Source of the DNA: Eledone cirrhosa
Lineage: Eukaryota
Reading direction: 5' to 3'
Length of the DNA: 64,000 nucleotides
Assembly (NCBI GenBank): GCA_964016885.1
Contig: OZ024742.1
Coordinates: 265,236,001 to 265,300,000, forward strand
Below, in pieces: positions 26,151 to 49,100 of this stretch. The notes under the pieces are model-generated. The model did not search any database. It worked only from the letters and a program-made list of their open reading frames with translations, and was not told where the DNA came from. The position numbers were made by a program, and so were the translations under genes. Numbering within the stretch: the stretch's first letter is position 1; each line of letters opens with the position of its first letter.

Positions 26151-29059
26151 TAATAATAATTGTTTCTACTTTAGGCACAAGGCCAGCAATTACCCAGTGC
26201 ATTACTGGTACTTTATTATATCGACCCCGTAAGGATGAAAGGCAAAGTCAACCTCTAATATATATATATATATATAATCTGTGTGTGTGTGTGTGTGGGG
26301 GGGGGGGGGGGTTACCTTGAATTTCTCTTTAGAAACACTCATACTTTTTCACACGATTCCTGTCTATCTATTTATCTATTTATCTATCTTGTTATCTTTA
26401 TCACTATCATCGTCACGGCATACACACTCACACACGCACACACATATATATATACTCGCATATATATATATATATATATACATACATGCACATAAAAACT
26501 CACACACTTCTAATTATCAATTTGTCAAACGATCTTCCTTGTCTGTTTCTCTTTCCATGTACGCACGTTCGTGTGTAAACTGCTGTTCACCTCATCATCC
26601 ATATATACAGCACATGATACATGAATGAACACACACACATATACATATTTTGTATATCATAAAATGTACCGACTTTTCTCAAAACTAATTGTTAATGTCA
26701 AAAGTTTATTCCTCTATATTATTGCGTTTTGAGTTCTTCTAAATAAGACAAGGCTCATATTGTGTCAACCGTTAAGATACACCCATATAAAAAAAAAAAA
26801 CAATACAGTAGGATATATATGTTTGTGTGTGCTTGTGTGTATGTATATAACTAATTAACTAACAGACTACAGCCGTCACTCACAATCGAGTATGACTTGG
26901 TAGTTTGTACCTAATGCTTTAGGAATCCATGTCATTGTGAGCAGACGCAGGCAACCTCATGACACTACCCCCCTTGATCCACTGGAACAGCCAGAATGTG
27001 ACAACTAAAAAGCGAGAGGGCTATATCAGCAATGGGCTGACACTTTCTTTGTCGTCCCCGAATGGATGACATGTTGAGTAAACCTTGGCGTGATTTGATC
27101 TTGGAACGTAAAAACTCGAAACATATATCCGACGTTACTTTTACCTTAGGGTAATTTATCCGTCATTCTATGAGAGCACTGAGCAATGCTTGGATAGGCG
27201 GCTACATAGCAGATAACAAATCAATAGAGCAGTGGTTTGTGTCCTTCCATTGGGATCGTATCTATGTCTGTTTTTAGGGCTTAAACACTTCTATTTCAAC
27301 GAGAAAATATAAATAGAATGTAGAAATCATATAATAGTTTACTGTTGTCGTCGTCGTTTTTGCTATTAGCTCATAGTTCAGCCTTACAATCGGGGTTCAA
27401 CGCGCTGTGTTCATTCTCTTTTTTGTTTAGGCGGTGAATCTAGGATTACAATTTCCAATATATCCTTCCTTTATTTTAAACTTAGAGTGTAGTTTAAAAG
27501 ATAATTAGCTGCTGTTTCTAACAGGTTCTATCGATGGCCAATGTTTCAAGCCATGGCAGTAGTTGCGGCAAATTTACGAGTTTTCTATTAGTTTGCAGTA
27601 TTGAGTGCAAATTCCCTGTAGGGAAAGATAAAGCAAGGTGAGACTAATCTAGTGTTGTCATTGTATTGTTTCCTCAGCCACCTAACAGTATTACACTAAA
27701 TAACAGTACCAACGCCATAGAATGTCATTCTATTTACACTAAACGTCTCGGATTTCGTTCATATATAAGACGGAGATAGGCTTGTAAAACATTATTTTAT
27801 TGTTTGAAAACGATTGTGGGGTCTCCTTCGGAAACGCTTCGCAACTATATAGTCATGGGTTTGAGCACACTGCACGGCACATTGTTTGGATTAAGAAATA
27901 TCATGTGAGTGAAATTTGACATATGAAAATCGTGGAAACCCATTAGGAAAACAGTTTCTGTTTTGGGACTTAAAACATCGTTTGATTTAACACCACAACC
28001 ACCTGCCCTTTAGTTAGTAGAGTTCACTCTGTTAGATTCATTTCTGTCAATTATCTGTTCTTTTTTCCTGTTGTTTAGTCTGGATGAAGGGCAGTGTGAA
28101 TGTCCCTTCTCAGGACCTCATAATCAGGTGGGACTGGAGGCCTTGTCCGAATGTTTGTAACAGAGGGAAGATCGCTAAAGGCACATTAAGGATCAGATGA
28201 TGGTCTTGAAAAGGGTGACGGATTAGATAAACCATTGCGGGATTTTAGCGCACAAAGCAAAAAGCCGATACAAAAACATAAAGTATCTCACCTAACGCTT
28301 TTAACAGTTTCACCAATTCATCCCCTTGTAATTGTACTTTATTTTCTCGACCTAGAAAGGATGAAATGTGAAACTGGTCTCGACTGGATCTGAAATCAGA
28401 AAATAAAGAATCGGAGGAAATATATCTCGTCCGATGCCTTAACTATTTCGCCAGTCAACCGCCCTGATTAGTACTTTATTTTATCCATCTTGGATGAATG
28501 AAAGCCGAAGTTGGCTACTTGAACTCATGGTGTAGAGAGCCGAGATAAATTACGCATGATAATCGCTGCCCGAGGATTACTGCTTTTTTCCCTCTCATAA
28601 GACTCACACGGGTATTACGCCTCTTCCTTTGAGTAAGCCACTAAAAAGAACAAAAATTAAATAGACAAGAACAACTACAACTAGTCTAGCTATTGTTCAT
28701 TGATCTCAAAATAAATCAATGAATTTAGGGAAAAAAAATTGCTTCACAACTTTTAAAGGGTTGGTTATAATTTGAAGCGACTATATACTGGTTCGTATGT
28801 TGGCTCGGCAAAATGATTTAAACCCAATTGGCATTACCCTATGGATATTGACCAAAATCTATTGGTCCAAAGGTGTTGTTAACTAATTATTTTTGTTGAC
28901 TCCAACTAAAATAATCTTAACTTTAAGCTTAATTCTCAAGAAAGAAGTTCGCTTCGTAATAATTACGACACAGTTCGTTGCAAATGTGTGACATCTTGTG
29001 CAAGTGTCATTTTGTCTAGCCTTGTGTCGACCACTGCATTGTGATTGAAGTGAGGTAGT

Positions 29060-30250
29060 CGGAAATCTATCAAGTACAAGTCGGAGATCACCTTCTGTCG
29101 AGTTAAGTAACACCATGTCGTTTGCAAGTTCCAGCCGAACGATTTTACACTCGCCAATTAGGATACCACTTCCAATCCGGCTGTGCATGTCAATCCTGTT
29201 CAAGTAAATAATGACAGTACGCACCCTTGGCGAAGTCCGACACCTACATTGAATGATGTCGATTTAGCATCATTTATCCGAACACAAATACAAGGGCATC
29301 CGTATAAAAACATCATGGCACCACGAAGCTGACTATCGATGCATGCTCTTGCACAACCTTCCACAACATGTCCCGAATAACGCACTCATATGCCTTTTCA
29401 AAGTGACAAAACAAGAATATACCTCTTGACAATACTCACACGATTTATCGAAGACTTGCTGCAGTGTGTATATATGTTTGGCTGTTCTGCGTCCGGGCCG
29501 AAAACTGCACTGTTCCTCAGCTAGCTTGGACTCGACAATCTCCCTGTACCTCGTTGCCAGACACTTAGCATAGACTTTACCGGGGAGTCTAACAAAGATA
29601 TCCCTGTGTAATTGGAACAATCATTCTTGTCTCCACTTTTGAAAATTTAGATTAACACTCCCGATTGCGTTTGCTTAGGTTCTTTTCCAGAGATCCAGGC
29701 AATCCTCCACACACGAGTCAGCCAGATAATACCTATGTAAGGCGTTTAACATTTCGGCCGAGATTTCATTTTCATCATCGGGCGTGCCATATTTTAACTC
29801 ATTAACTGCTATTTTGACTTCAGCCTCCGAGAGATTAGGCACTACTCTCAGATGTTCCACGTGTAAATCAGAAGATGCTGTTGTGATCGGGTTTAAGAGA
29901 TCGCGAGGATGCACCTTTTTGAAGTCAACGGATGGTCTGCCAAAACACTTTATTTGCTGATCTGAAGTCGGATTCCAGCTTATCCCCAAAGTCCGTCCAT
30001 GTCTTAACATTGGACGCCTTTACTGTCTCTGCTGCGATTCTTCGTGCATGCTTGTAACGCACGTGGAAGAAGAAGGACTTATTTCCAAGCCAGGCTTTGT
30101 AGGCCTCCTTCTTTGCTCGGGTGGCATCTTTAACCCCTTGATTGAACCATGGGGTCCTCCTGTCATTCGGCGTCACACGAAGCCTCTTTCGCCCGCAGCA
30201 TTCATCAGCTAAGCAGAAACTGATGAGCTAAACAATCTCCAGTCTGTGCC
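29060..30250 (-). mobile_element. RTE-clade LINE relic (RT N-terminal half)
   Basis: RRTPWFNQGVK, LPGKVYAK, EEQCSFRPGR, GVGLRQGCVLS and L.LANDMVL, spread over several frames. Confidence 0.85.
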
Positions 30251-30694
30251 AACACTCAGTGCCGTCTTGTGCATTGAAATCTCCCATCAGGATATATGAC
30301 TCAGTCTTAACCACATCTAACGCTGCAGTGACTACATCAACGAACGACCTGTATTCGGACTCTTTGTTTGCTGGATAAACTTGCACCACCTACAGAGACC
30401 TATATTTCAGCTTAAGCTTCAAGAGGCAAATCCCCCCTCCTAATGGGATCCAGTCCATAACACATTCTGACAGCCGGGGCTATGAGTATCCCCATTCTGC
30501 CTGTTCAGTCATTTCTAGCACCACACTTGAATAATGGAGACATAGATGCATATGGGTGCGAGTGAAAGAAATAGATAGAGAGATAGACGCATAGATGGAT
30601 AGATTGACACAAATAGATAGATGGGCACATAGATGGATAGATAGACGAAAAGAAGCACACATAGACAATCAAACAGACAGATAGATAGATAGAG

Positions 30695-30733
<39 letters not shown>

Positions 30734-30985
30734 CAGCGGAGATAGTGTGTTACTGTAGAAATGACACTACGACTGTCACTTAAGTTGAATACCTTCAAAG
30801 AGATGACGGTCGCGTGGCTTTCTTGAAATGAATATATCCGTTATCCCCACCCCCATGCAAACATTTTTTTGCTTTCACTTCTCAACCTTTCTACATGTTT
30901 TATTATATGTCACTTAATCTCTACATCCTCTCTCTCACTCCGTGTATGCATATATATAAATATGTAAATAAAGAATATATATATA

Positions 30986-32068
30986 TATCAATACAACCCC
31001 TAGAGGTGAACTAGCCTACAAATTTAGAAGGGCCCTAAAGAAACATAATCTCAATATTAAGATAGTAGAAAGACCTGGTACCTCCGTAAAAACACTTATT
31101 AGCAAGACATACCCGTTCCAAAGACCCTCATGTATAGATAAGAAATGTATAACCTGTAAAATAAGCCCCCATATTAACTGTAAAACTAGAAATGTAGTAT
31201 ATAGCATAAGATGTACTGAGGGACAATGTAGAAACAAAAATATAGTGTACATAGGTGAGACAGCTCGTAGTATAGGGGAACGAATAAATGAACACTGGCG
31301 AGACCTCCAAGATAGTAAAGAATCATCTGTGCTCTACCAACATGCTAAGATAGAACACAGGGGTAAATTAGAGAGCATAGAAATAAAAATAGAATCCACA
31401 CACAAGAAAGACGCAATGTTTAGGCAAATTACAGAGGCAGTAAGCATAAAAGAATTAAAACCAAAATTAAATAGAAAATATGAGTGGAACAGCAACATCA
31501 CAACTTACAATTAAGGACAAAATGAAAACACACACACACATATATAAACAACTTACAATTGAAAACACACACAAAATGAAAACACACACAAGACAAAATG
31601 AAAACACACACACACATAGAACAAACAACCAACCAACAATAAATAAATAAATAAACAAACAAATATAAATAGAAAAATAGAAAAATGAACACAAACACAC
31701 ACAGACACCCGGATGTGGCGCATGCGCAAACTGAGCACGCAACCCACACACAAACAAAATGGCGTAGGATAGAAGAAAGGAAAGGCACAGAAACGAAGAA
31801 AGAAATCCCCAGTCACTGAAGAGGTCACAGAGTGTGTGACGAAAGAACTATGACTATATATATATAAACAACTATCTGGTTGTGGAACCAACCAACCAAC
31901 CAGAAATTTATAAATTTGTAAATTTATAAATATATATTAAATTAAATTGAAGTGAAAGCAACTGGTGCGTGTGTTTCTTATTGGCAACATGACCCTCCCA
32001 AAGTATAACAATATCGGTTTCAACACACGATTTCAGATAAAGAATCTTGCTAAACAAATTCAGAAACG

Positions 32069-32070
<2 letters not shown>
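30986..32070 (+). mobile_element. 5'-truncated PLE, family 2 (GIY-YIG end plus pLTR)
   Basis: CKTRNVVY...YIGETARSIGERINEH...RQITEAV.I..LNRKYEWN; close homolog of 49949-50925; flanked by (TA)n on both sides. Confidence 0.9.
31811..31855 (+). ncRNA. Minimal type I hammerhead in family-2 pLTR
   Basis: agtca CTGAAGA g gtcaca-gagtg-tgtgac GAAA gaa CTA tgact. Confidence 0.8.
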
Positions 32071-40190
<8,120 letters not shown>

Positions 40191-40191
40191 A

Positions 40192-40409
40192 TGGTCGGGT
40201 CGTTGGCGACTAAACTGGCAACCCCACCAAGGTTTCTTGGTGAGGAGGGTGACTTTGGACATCCTGCAGGACTAAAAACAAAACCTGTCAAAGGGCAAGG
40301 GAGCTCTTAAGACTCAATAGCCATCCAAAATCACCGGGAGAGATGACCCCTTAGCCTTTGTCAAGGCAGAATTCTAGGAGAAGGAAAACTCTGATATAAC
40401 ACCTGCAAC
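40192..40409 (+). mobile_element. Probable RTE LINE 5' UTR, cut by the gap
   Basis: ggagaaggaaaactctga motif, recalled from RTE 5' UTRs; GC-rich structured start right after the microsatellite. Confidence 0.45.
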
Positions 40410-40609
40410 NNNNNNNNNNNNNNNNNNNNNNNNNNNNNNNNNNNNNNNNNNNNNNNNNNNNNNNNNNNNNNNNNNNNNNNNNNNNNNNNNNNNNNNNNNN
40501 NNNNNNNNNNNNNNNNNNNNNNNNNNNNNNNNNNNNNNNNNNNNNNNNNNNNNNNNNNNNNNNNNNNNNNNNNNNNNNNNNNNNNNNNNNNNNNNNNNNN
40601 NNNNNNNNN
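40410..40609. other. Assembly gap (200 N)
   Basis: Run of N. Confidence 1.
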
Positions 40610-40739
40610 AAGAAAAGAAAAGAAAAGGGGGAGAGAGACAGAAGAGAGGAGCGAGAGAGATAGCGGGAAGAGTGGGGGGAAAGGTCAGGGGGAGAGAGAG
40701 GAGATAGATATGTCCGGTGAGAAATTCAAGGTGCGAATT

Positions 40740-40774
<35 letters not shown>

Positions 40775-40784
40775 TATATATATA

Positions 40785-40822
<38 letters not shown>

Positions 40823-40998
40823 GTACATTATGAAGAGAGAAGAAACATTAGATATAATTAGTAATAAGATGTATCATACCTAAACTGCTTCTAAATTCCT
40901 CGACTACGTAGTTTCTCAAGGATAGATGTGGATATATTCATGCATATGTATTGTGTCCGCATGTATCTGTGTGTTTCTATATATATTGTGTATATATT

Positions 40999-41095
<97 letters not shown>

Positions 41096-41249
41096 GTATA
41101 TATATATATATGTATATATATATATTTATATATATATATATATATTTATATGTATATATATATTTATATATATTTATATATTTATATATATTTATATATC
41201 TATATATATATTTATATATATATATATTTATATATATATATATATATTT

Positions 41250-41291
<42 letters not shown>

Positions 41292-41392
41292 TTATATATA
41301 TTTATATATTTATATATATATATTTATATATATATATGTATTTATATACTTACATATATTTATATATATATATATTTATATATATATATATT

Positions 41393-41517
<125 letters not shown>

Positions 41518-41692
41518 GTTATGAAGTAAAGTGCAATATTGGTTGTGTAAAAAGGTCCAATAACTTTATGTTAGCAATATTAAGTTCTCAACGCTTTTGT
41601 ATATCTCAAATTCCATTCGAGGGAACAGCTAGATGATTTAAAACGGAGTATAAGTATCAAAATGAAAATCCGAAGGCAAGGTAAAATTCCAA

Positions 41693-41780
41693 TCATTTAA
41701 TCACGACACATGTTTCAATAAGAGATAGATCGATTGTGAAGCCACGATCAATTATCACTGATCTCATCAGGTGAAAATGA
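41693..41780 (-). ncRNA. Type I hammerhead with long stem II (pLTR copy 1)
   Basis: tcattttcac CTGATGA [~47-nt imperfect hairpin with GCUU loop] GAAAC atgt GTC gtgattaaatga. Confidence 0.8.
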
Positions 41781-43341
41781 ATTGTCTTCAAATAAACGAT
41801 GTTACCTCACATAATTCATTCCCTCATATGGAGACACACCAGTCAGTCAGAGACGAGGCGACTGCTATTAGCTTAAAATTGAGGTCACAAAAGTTTTCAG
41901 ACTTCCATCGCTGCAAAAGACGCTGGACATCGAAACAAATCCGTAGGGATGCAGTCAGTCACAGTTAGAAGTAAGTGGATACACACACACCTCACACCCG
42001 CATATATCGCCTCGAGGTCAAATAAAAATAAAAATAAACATAAAAATAAATACATATACACACAACAACACAGTATTAAACCCGCAGAATTAGCGTGGGT
42101 GGGCACACATACACCCCAACACACACCGAAGCGACATTCGAGAAAAAGCATATATAAGAATGTACCAACACAGCAATCACCGAAAAGTTAGTTCGTAAAG
42201 CAACAGATATTATGTCGGTCAAATCTCAATTTGACGATGTAATCCGGAAATGTTAAGTTAACCAACGCTACACACACATACACACAGACACAAGCGCGTG
42301 CGCGCAAGTAAGTTCAGTTCAGTGTTCTGCTGTACGTGTAAAGATCCAATTGTAACATCAATATCTTCAAGTGTGTGTTATGGCAAAAGGTATACACACA
42401 TCCAAATCACCCAAAAAATGGAAGTCTGGGTATATACACATCCATGTGAAGAGCTCAATTTGACTAAGTAGATTGGAAATATTGGGTTAACCAACGCTAC
42501 ACACATATACACACACACACGTGCGTGCGCGCAAGTAAGTTCAGTTCAATGTTCTGCTATACGCGTATACATCCAATTGTAACATCCATATCTTCAAGTG
42601 TGTGTTATGGCAAAAGGTATACACACATCCGAATCGTCCAAAAGAAAGGGGGAGGGGTATCCGGGCATATACACATCCATGTGAAGAGCAGGCATTCAGC
42701 TCATGTCGAACTCCTTGTGTACCGCTGTCCAGTTGAGAATCAAAATAACCAAATCCGTGCGTGCAAGCAACTGCAGTGTGGGCCGGCTAGGGCTCTATGT
42801 AGGGTTGGGTATAGGGTAAATGAGCCCGCAAGTGCGATCTGCCGCCACATGGGCCATTGAGCTTTTAAGATAGTTGTTTGAGTGGTGGAGGTGTGTTATT
42901 CAGCATAGAAGGTGAAGTAAGGAAATACAGGACAGTGAATGTGTGTAGGCCCATTAATGGTGTGTCAGTATCATTGTTCAATCCGTAACAATGAGTCCTC
43001 CATGGTTAGATGATCACGCATCAAAACCTGGTGTAGAGTTCAATCGGTAGGAACGTGACATTCATAAATGTTGGAGCTCAATGTCTAAAGGAAGCGGGTA
43101 CTGTGTGTAGAGCTATGCATAGGGAGCGTAATCGGTCCTAACTAAGTGTGTAATCAATATAACTATTTACTAGCTAGGTATTCTAAAAGAGAGCACTCAG
43201 CTATGAGAACTCCGTGGAAACATGCCGAGTATCTTCGCAAGTGCGCAAACAATCTTAGCCGTCTAACTACCTAAGTGTGTGACTGTCCGTCTATTGAGAG
43301 GACTCTAGGGCTAAAGTAGAGAGGGGGGAGTTATTGGTAGG

Positions 43342-46084
43342 TTACCTTCCGAAAATCCTGCGGACGGTTTTAGAGGTTCTATGTTGACAGTTGCTGAAAA
43401 AATCCGCTCTTCTATTAATTAACAAGGGGCCGCCTCTAATAATATTGAAAGTCTCAGCTATACATAAATTGCAGACGCCAGTGCTGCCGTTATAAGGTTG
43501 GGCTGAACAAGCTATGGACCAGGATAAGGAGTGCTCTATATTCTGAAGTTTAAGCTTCCAGACTAATTCCCAAAGTGCCGTGCTATTTTTCTTATCTAAT
43601 CTATTAAAGGTATGGCGGTGATTATACCATCTAGCCTTAAATTCAGTGGCAGTTGCTCAAACATACCTAAAAGTTCTATCAGGAGTGGAGACCTTACAGT
43701 CGTAGACTATGTTTTTGGTAAGGCATTTCCCAGCCAAGGGGCAGGTGGCGGTACTTCTGCAGTTGCAATTTCTACTATCGATTTGGGTGGTTCGGGAAGG
43801 ACCACGATACCTTTGAGGTCGGGTCTCAATTCCACTCTGCTCTGGGATAAATTCACCGGGGTAGGGACGACCCGACTCGCCTCACGCGTATGAGTCAGTT
43901 CCTCAATAGAGCTGCCATTGTTCCTGCCATGCCTAAATCTCTCATTGGCTGTAAGTCTACTAAAATTCATCTTAGCTATATTCTGAGCTATGTTACTAGT
44001 TGTGGAGTAGGACAACTTAATAGTATTTCTATTGAATATTTTATAATATCTGTGCGATCTGGGGAATCTATTGTCTAAGGCCCTAGAGAAAAGCTTAGCT
44101 ATACTAGTGGTCAGGCCAGTGGAGTAAGGGGGATTAAACCACAGGACTTTTCTGGTCCGATGCTTCCTGTTCCTACTAACTATATTAGAATTACCACTCA
44201 CCCTAGTAGTATCCAATCTATTGTAACTGGAAATTACCTGTGGGTCGGAGGTGTCCAGGGGTGTCACGATTGTTTTCGGAATCGTCCCAAGTGTCCAAGG
44301 CGGTGTAACCCCCGTGCGGCTATTGGGGTTACCCTCGATAGCTAGGGTTGTATCAGGTATGCGTCTGCTACACTTATCCCAATTCCCTCTACTGGACCCT
44401 CGTTCCATACTGCGTTCAACCGTAGTTCTATCGGTTCCACAATTAAGGTTACTACTAGAGTTTCCGCTGGCGTTACGTTGCTCAGATCCAGTGTTAGTAC
44501 CTGGGTGGCTGTTTCTATTAGTACCAACTGCATTGGAACTAGACGGCAGTACAGCTTGAATACTATGTGAAACCTCCCTCGTATCCCGCCTGCTGTTAAC
44601 TAGAGTGTCACCATAAAGGCCTAAGCTATCGCGAACAAAGTTACTACTACTATTTAATGGACGTTTGAATGAGATTCCCTCGCTATGTCCTGCGCGTTCC
44701 AGGGCGTTATTATAGTAATTCGAGATCTTATTAAAGGTCCTGAAATTCTACTAGAGACGCTTTTCGTAATACCTTTAGTGACTATTCTAGGGTGGTTCGA
44801 TTTTGCGTTGACATAGTTTAGATTCTCGTTAGGTTTGTGGTAGGGTTGGAAGAGTCCTGAATTGAGGTCAAGTGTAACATCTAGAAAATTAACTATTTTT
44901 AAATTCTCTTCAAATACTATACTTAGGTCTATGCTCTTGAAGAATTTGCTAAGTTTTTTCCTCACCCTCTCTACCATACTATTACTATGGAACGACACAG
45001 TATACAAGACGTAGTCGCGGTAAGCGCCGCCTCCCAAGTGGGGCATCTCAGCTCCGAGACAGTCAAGGAGGTAAAGGCCCACCAGATCAGTCACCTGAGC
45101 CGAGTCCGAGGATCCCATAGTGATGTCGAAATTATCCAGCCAATCCCTCCTAGTCCACAGGTCACCGTTGAACTCAATTAAGGTTTTTCTAGCTAGGAGG
45201 ATAATGCTAATTTCCTCGGATGTAAGGTCGGTGTGTAAGCTAGCAAAATTAAGGGACCTACCTAGGAGAGTTGGAGAGATTGACGAGTAGTAATTAGAGA
45301 TATCGAACTGTATAAACTTAGTGCTATTCTTATTCTGCGATTTCTCAAACCAGTTAATTACCTCACTAGTTCCTGACCACAACTTGAGCTTCGATGTCCT
45401 AACTAGGGTGGGGATTATCTTATCAAGGATGTTTTTACTTACGATTCCTATCTCCGATTTCGAAGGGGCTATCAGCCTGACAGGTCTTAATGATTCAAAG
45501 TTCAATTTGTGGTCCTTCAGCAAAATTCTCGGGGTTCTAGGATGGAAGGGTTCGGTTTTATCCTCAATACCCAGTTTAATCATGACGCCATTGGCCTCCG
45601 TGTTAATTAAATCCAGGTTGGCCCGTGTAGTTTTTCTGTAGCTTTTCCTAAGTTCTCTGGTTATCAAATCATCATAAGTTACTCTATCCATATCGTCCAG
45701 GTTGCTAGTCTTGTCTGCGTGCACCAAAATGCCGGTCGAGTTCTTCAATTTTACTAGATCACCATTCAGTCGTCTCAGGTAAATATTTCTCCTGAGTGGG
45801 TTTTTCCTAAACTTAAGGTTGGACATTATGTTAGACATTTCAGTCTCGAATTCCTCCAAGTGTCTATGGTGTGGTGGATTCCTTCTGGACTTGAATATTC
45901 GCTCGAGGCCGCGCGTTCCCTCCCTGGGGTGGTCTGCTGGTGTTCCTCTGTCGACGTGGAAAGCCTTACAACGCATTCTACGGATAAAAGAATCCGATTT
46001 ACCTATGGCCAACCTAGTGAATTCTTTAATGTCGGGCAAAGGGATGTCCTTAAGTGAAGAGTTCACCGAGAATTTCTCCATCAT
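43342..46084 (-). pseudogene. PLE RT-GIY-YIG ORF, disrupted
   Basis: YRDD is mutated to YRDY; frameshifts near 44735 and 43845; TGA at 43657-43659 within the YVG motif. Confidence 0.9.
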
Positions 46085-46131
46085 ATTCCTTGCTTAACAG
46101 CATTAATTGCTCAACAAAAATAGGAGCTTTA

Positions 46132-49100
46132 AGTTGTTATATAGTAAGGTGCAATATTGGTTGTGTAAAAAGGTCCAATAACTTTATGTTAGCAATATTA
46201 AGTTCTCAACGCTTTTGTATATCTCCAATTCCATTCGAAGCAACAGCTAGATGATTTAAAACGGAGTATAAGTATCAAAATGAAAATCCGAAGGCAAAGT
46301 AAAATTCCAATCATTTAATCACGACACATGTTTCAATAAGAGATAGATCGATTGTGAAGCCACGATCAATTATCACTGATCTCATCAGGGAAAATGAATT
46401 GTCTTCAAATAAACGATGTTACCTCACATAATTCATTCCCTCATATGGAGACACACCAGTCAGTCAGAGACGAGGCGACTGCTATTAGCTTAAAATTGAG
46501 GTCACAAAAGTTTTCAGACTTCCATCGCTGCAAAAGACGCTGGACATCGAAACAAATCCGTAGGGATGCAGTCAGTCACAGTTAGAAGTAAGTGGATACA
46601 CACACACTCCACACCCGCATACATCGCCTCGATGTCAAAGAAAAATAAAAATAAACATAAAAATAAATACATATACACACAACAACACAGTATTAAACCC
46701 GCAGAATTAGCGTGGGTGGGCACACATACACCCCAACACACACCGAAGCGACATTCGAGAAAAAGCATATATAAGAATGTACCAACACAGCAATCACCGA
46801 AAAGTTAGTTCGTAAAGCAACAGATATTATGTCGGTCAAATCTCAATTTGACGATGTAAATCGGAAATGTTAAGTTAACAACCGCTAAACACACATACAC
46901 ACAGACACAAGCGCGTGCGCGAAAGTAAGTTCAGTTCAGGTTTCTGCTGTACGTGTAAAGATCCAATTGTAACATCAATATCTTCAAGTGTGTGTTATGG
47001 CAAAAGGTATACACACATCCGAATCAGCCAAAAAATGGAAGTCTGGGTATATACACATCCATGTGAAGAGCTCAATTTGACGATGTAGATTGGAAATATT
47101 GGGTTAACCAACGCTACACACATATACACACACACACGTGCGTGCGCGCAAGTAAGTTCAGTTCAATGTTCTGCTATACGCGTATACATCCAGTTGTAAC
47201 ATCCATAACTTCAAGTGTGTGTTATGGCAAAAGGTATACACACATCCGAATCGTCCAAAAGAAAGGGGGGGGGGGATATCCGGGTATATACACATCCATG
47301 TGAAGAGCAGGCATTCAGCTCATGTCGAACTCCTTGTGTACCGCTGTCCAGTTGATAATCAAAATAACCAAATCCGTGCGTGCAAGCAACTGCAGTGTGG
47401 GCCGGCTAGGGCTCTATGTAGGGTTGGGTATAGGGTAAATGAGCCCGCAAATGCGACCTCCCGCCATATGGGCCAATGAGCTTTTAAGATAGTTGTTTGA
47501 GTGGTGGAGGTGTGTTATTCAGCATAGAAGGTGAAGTAAGAAAATACAGGACAGTGAATGTGTGTAGGCCCATTAATGGTGTGTCAGTATCATTGTTCAA
47601 TCCGTAACAATGAGTCCTCCATGGTTAGATGATCACGCATCAAAACCTGGTGTAGAGTTCAATCGGTAGGAACGTGACATTCGTAAATGTTGGAGCTCAA
47701 TGTCTAAAGGAAGCGGGTAATGTGTGTAGAGCTATGCATAGGGAGCGTAATCGGTCCTAACTAAGTGTGTAATCAATATAACTATTTACTAGCTAGGTAT
47801 TCTAAAAGAGAGCACTCAGCTATGAGAACTCCGTGGAAACATGCCGAGTATCTTCGCAAGTGCGCAAACAATCTTAGCCGTCTAACTACCTAAGTGTGTG
47901 TCTGTCCGTTTATTGAGAGGACTCTAGAGCTAAAGTAGAGAGGGGGGAGTTATTGGTAGGTTACCTTCCAAAAATCCTGCGGACGGTTTTAGAGGTTCTA
48001 TGTTGACAGTTGCTGAAAAAATCCGCTCTTCTATTAATTAACAAGGGGCCGCCTCTAATAATATTGAAAGTTTCAGCTATACATAAATTGCAGACGCCAG
48101 TGCTGCCGTTATAAGGTTGGACTGAACAAGCTATGGACCAGGATTGGAAGTGCTCTATATTCTGAAGTTTAAGCTTCCAGACTAATTCCCAAAGTGCCGT
48201 GCTATTTTTCTTATCTAATCTATTAAAGGTATGGCGGTGATTATACCATCTAGCCTTAAATTCAGTGGCAGTTGCTCAAACATACCTAAAAGTTCTATCA
48301 GGAGTGGAGACCTTACAGTCGTAGACTATGTTTTTGGTAAGGCATTTCCCAGCCAAGGGGCAGGTGGCGGTACTTCTGCAGTTGCAATTTCTACTATCGA
48401 TCTGGGTGGTTCGGGAAGGACCACGGTAGCTTTGGGGTCGGGTCTCAGTTCCAGTCTGCTCTATGGGTAAATTCACCGGGGTAGGGGCGACCCGACTCGC
48501 CTCACGCGTATGAGTCAGTTCCTCAATAGAGCTGCCATTGTTCCTGCCATGCCTAAATCTCTCATTGGCTATAAGTCTACTAAAATTCATCTTAGCTATA
48601 TTCTGAGCTATGTTACTAGTTGTGGTGTAGGACAACTTAATAGTATTTCTATTGAATATTTTATAATATCTGTGCGATCTGGGGAATCAATTGTCTAAGG
48701 CCCTAGAGAAAAGCTTAGCTATACTAGTGGTCAGGCCAGTGGAGTAAGGGGGATTAAACCACAGGACTTTTCTGGTCCGATGCCTCCTGTTCCTACTAAC
48801 TATATTAGAATTACCACTCACCCTAGTAGTATCCAGTCTATTGTAACTGGAAATTACCTGTGGGTCGGAGGTGTCCAGGGGTGTCACGATTGTGTTCGGA
48901 ATCGTCCCAAGTGTCCAGGGCGGTGTAACACCCGTGCGGCTATTGGGGTTACCCTCGATAGCTTGGGTTGTATCAGGTATGCGTCTGCTACACCTGTCCC
49001 AATTCCCCCTAATGGACCCTCGTTCCATACTGCGTTCAACCGTAGTTCTATCGGTTCCACAATTAAGGTTACTACTAGAGTTTCCGCTGGCGTTACGTTG

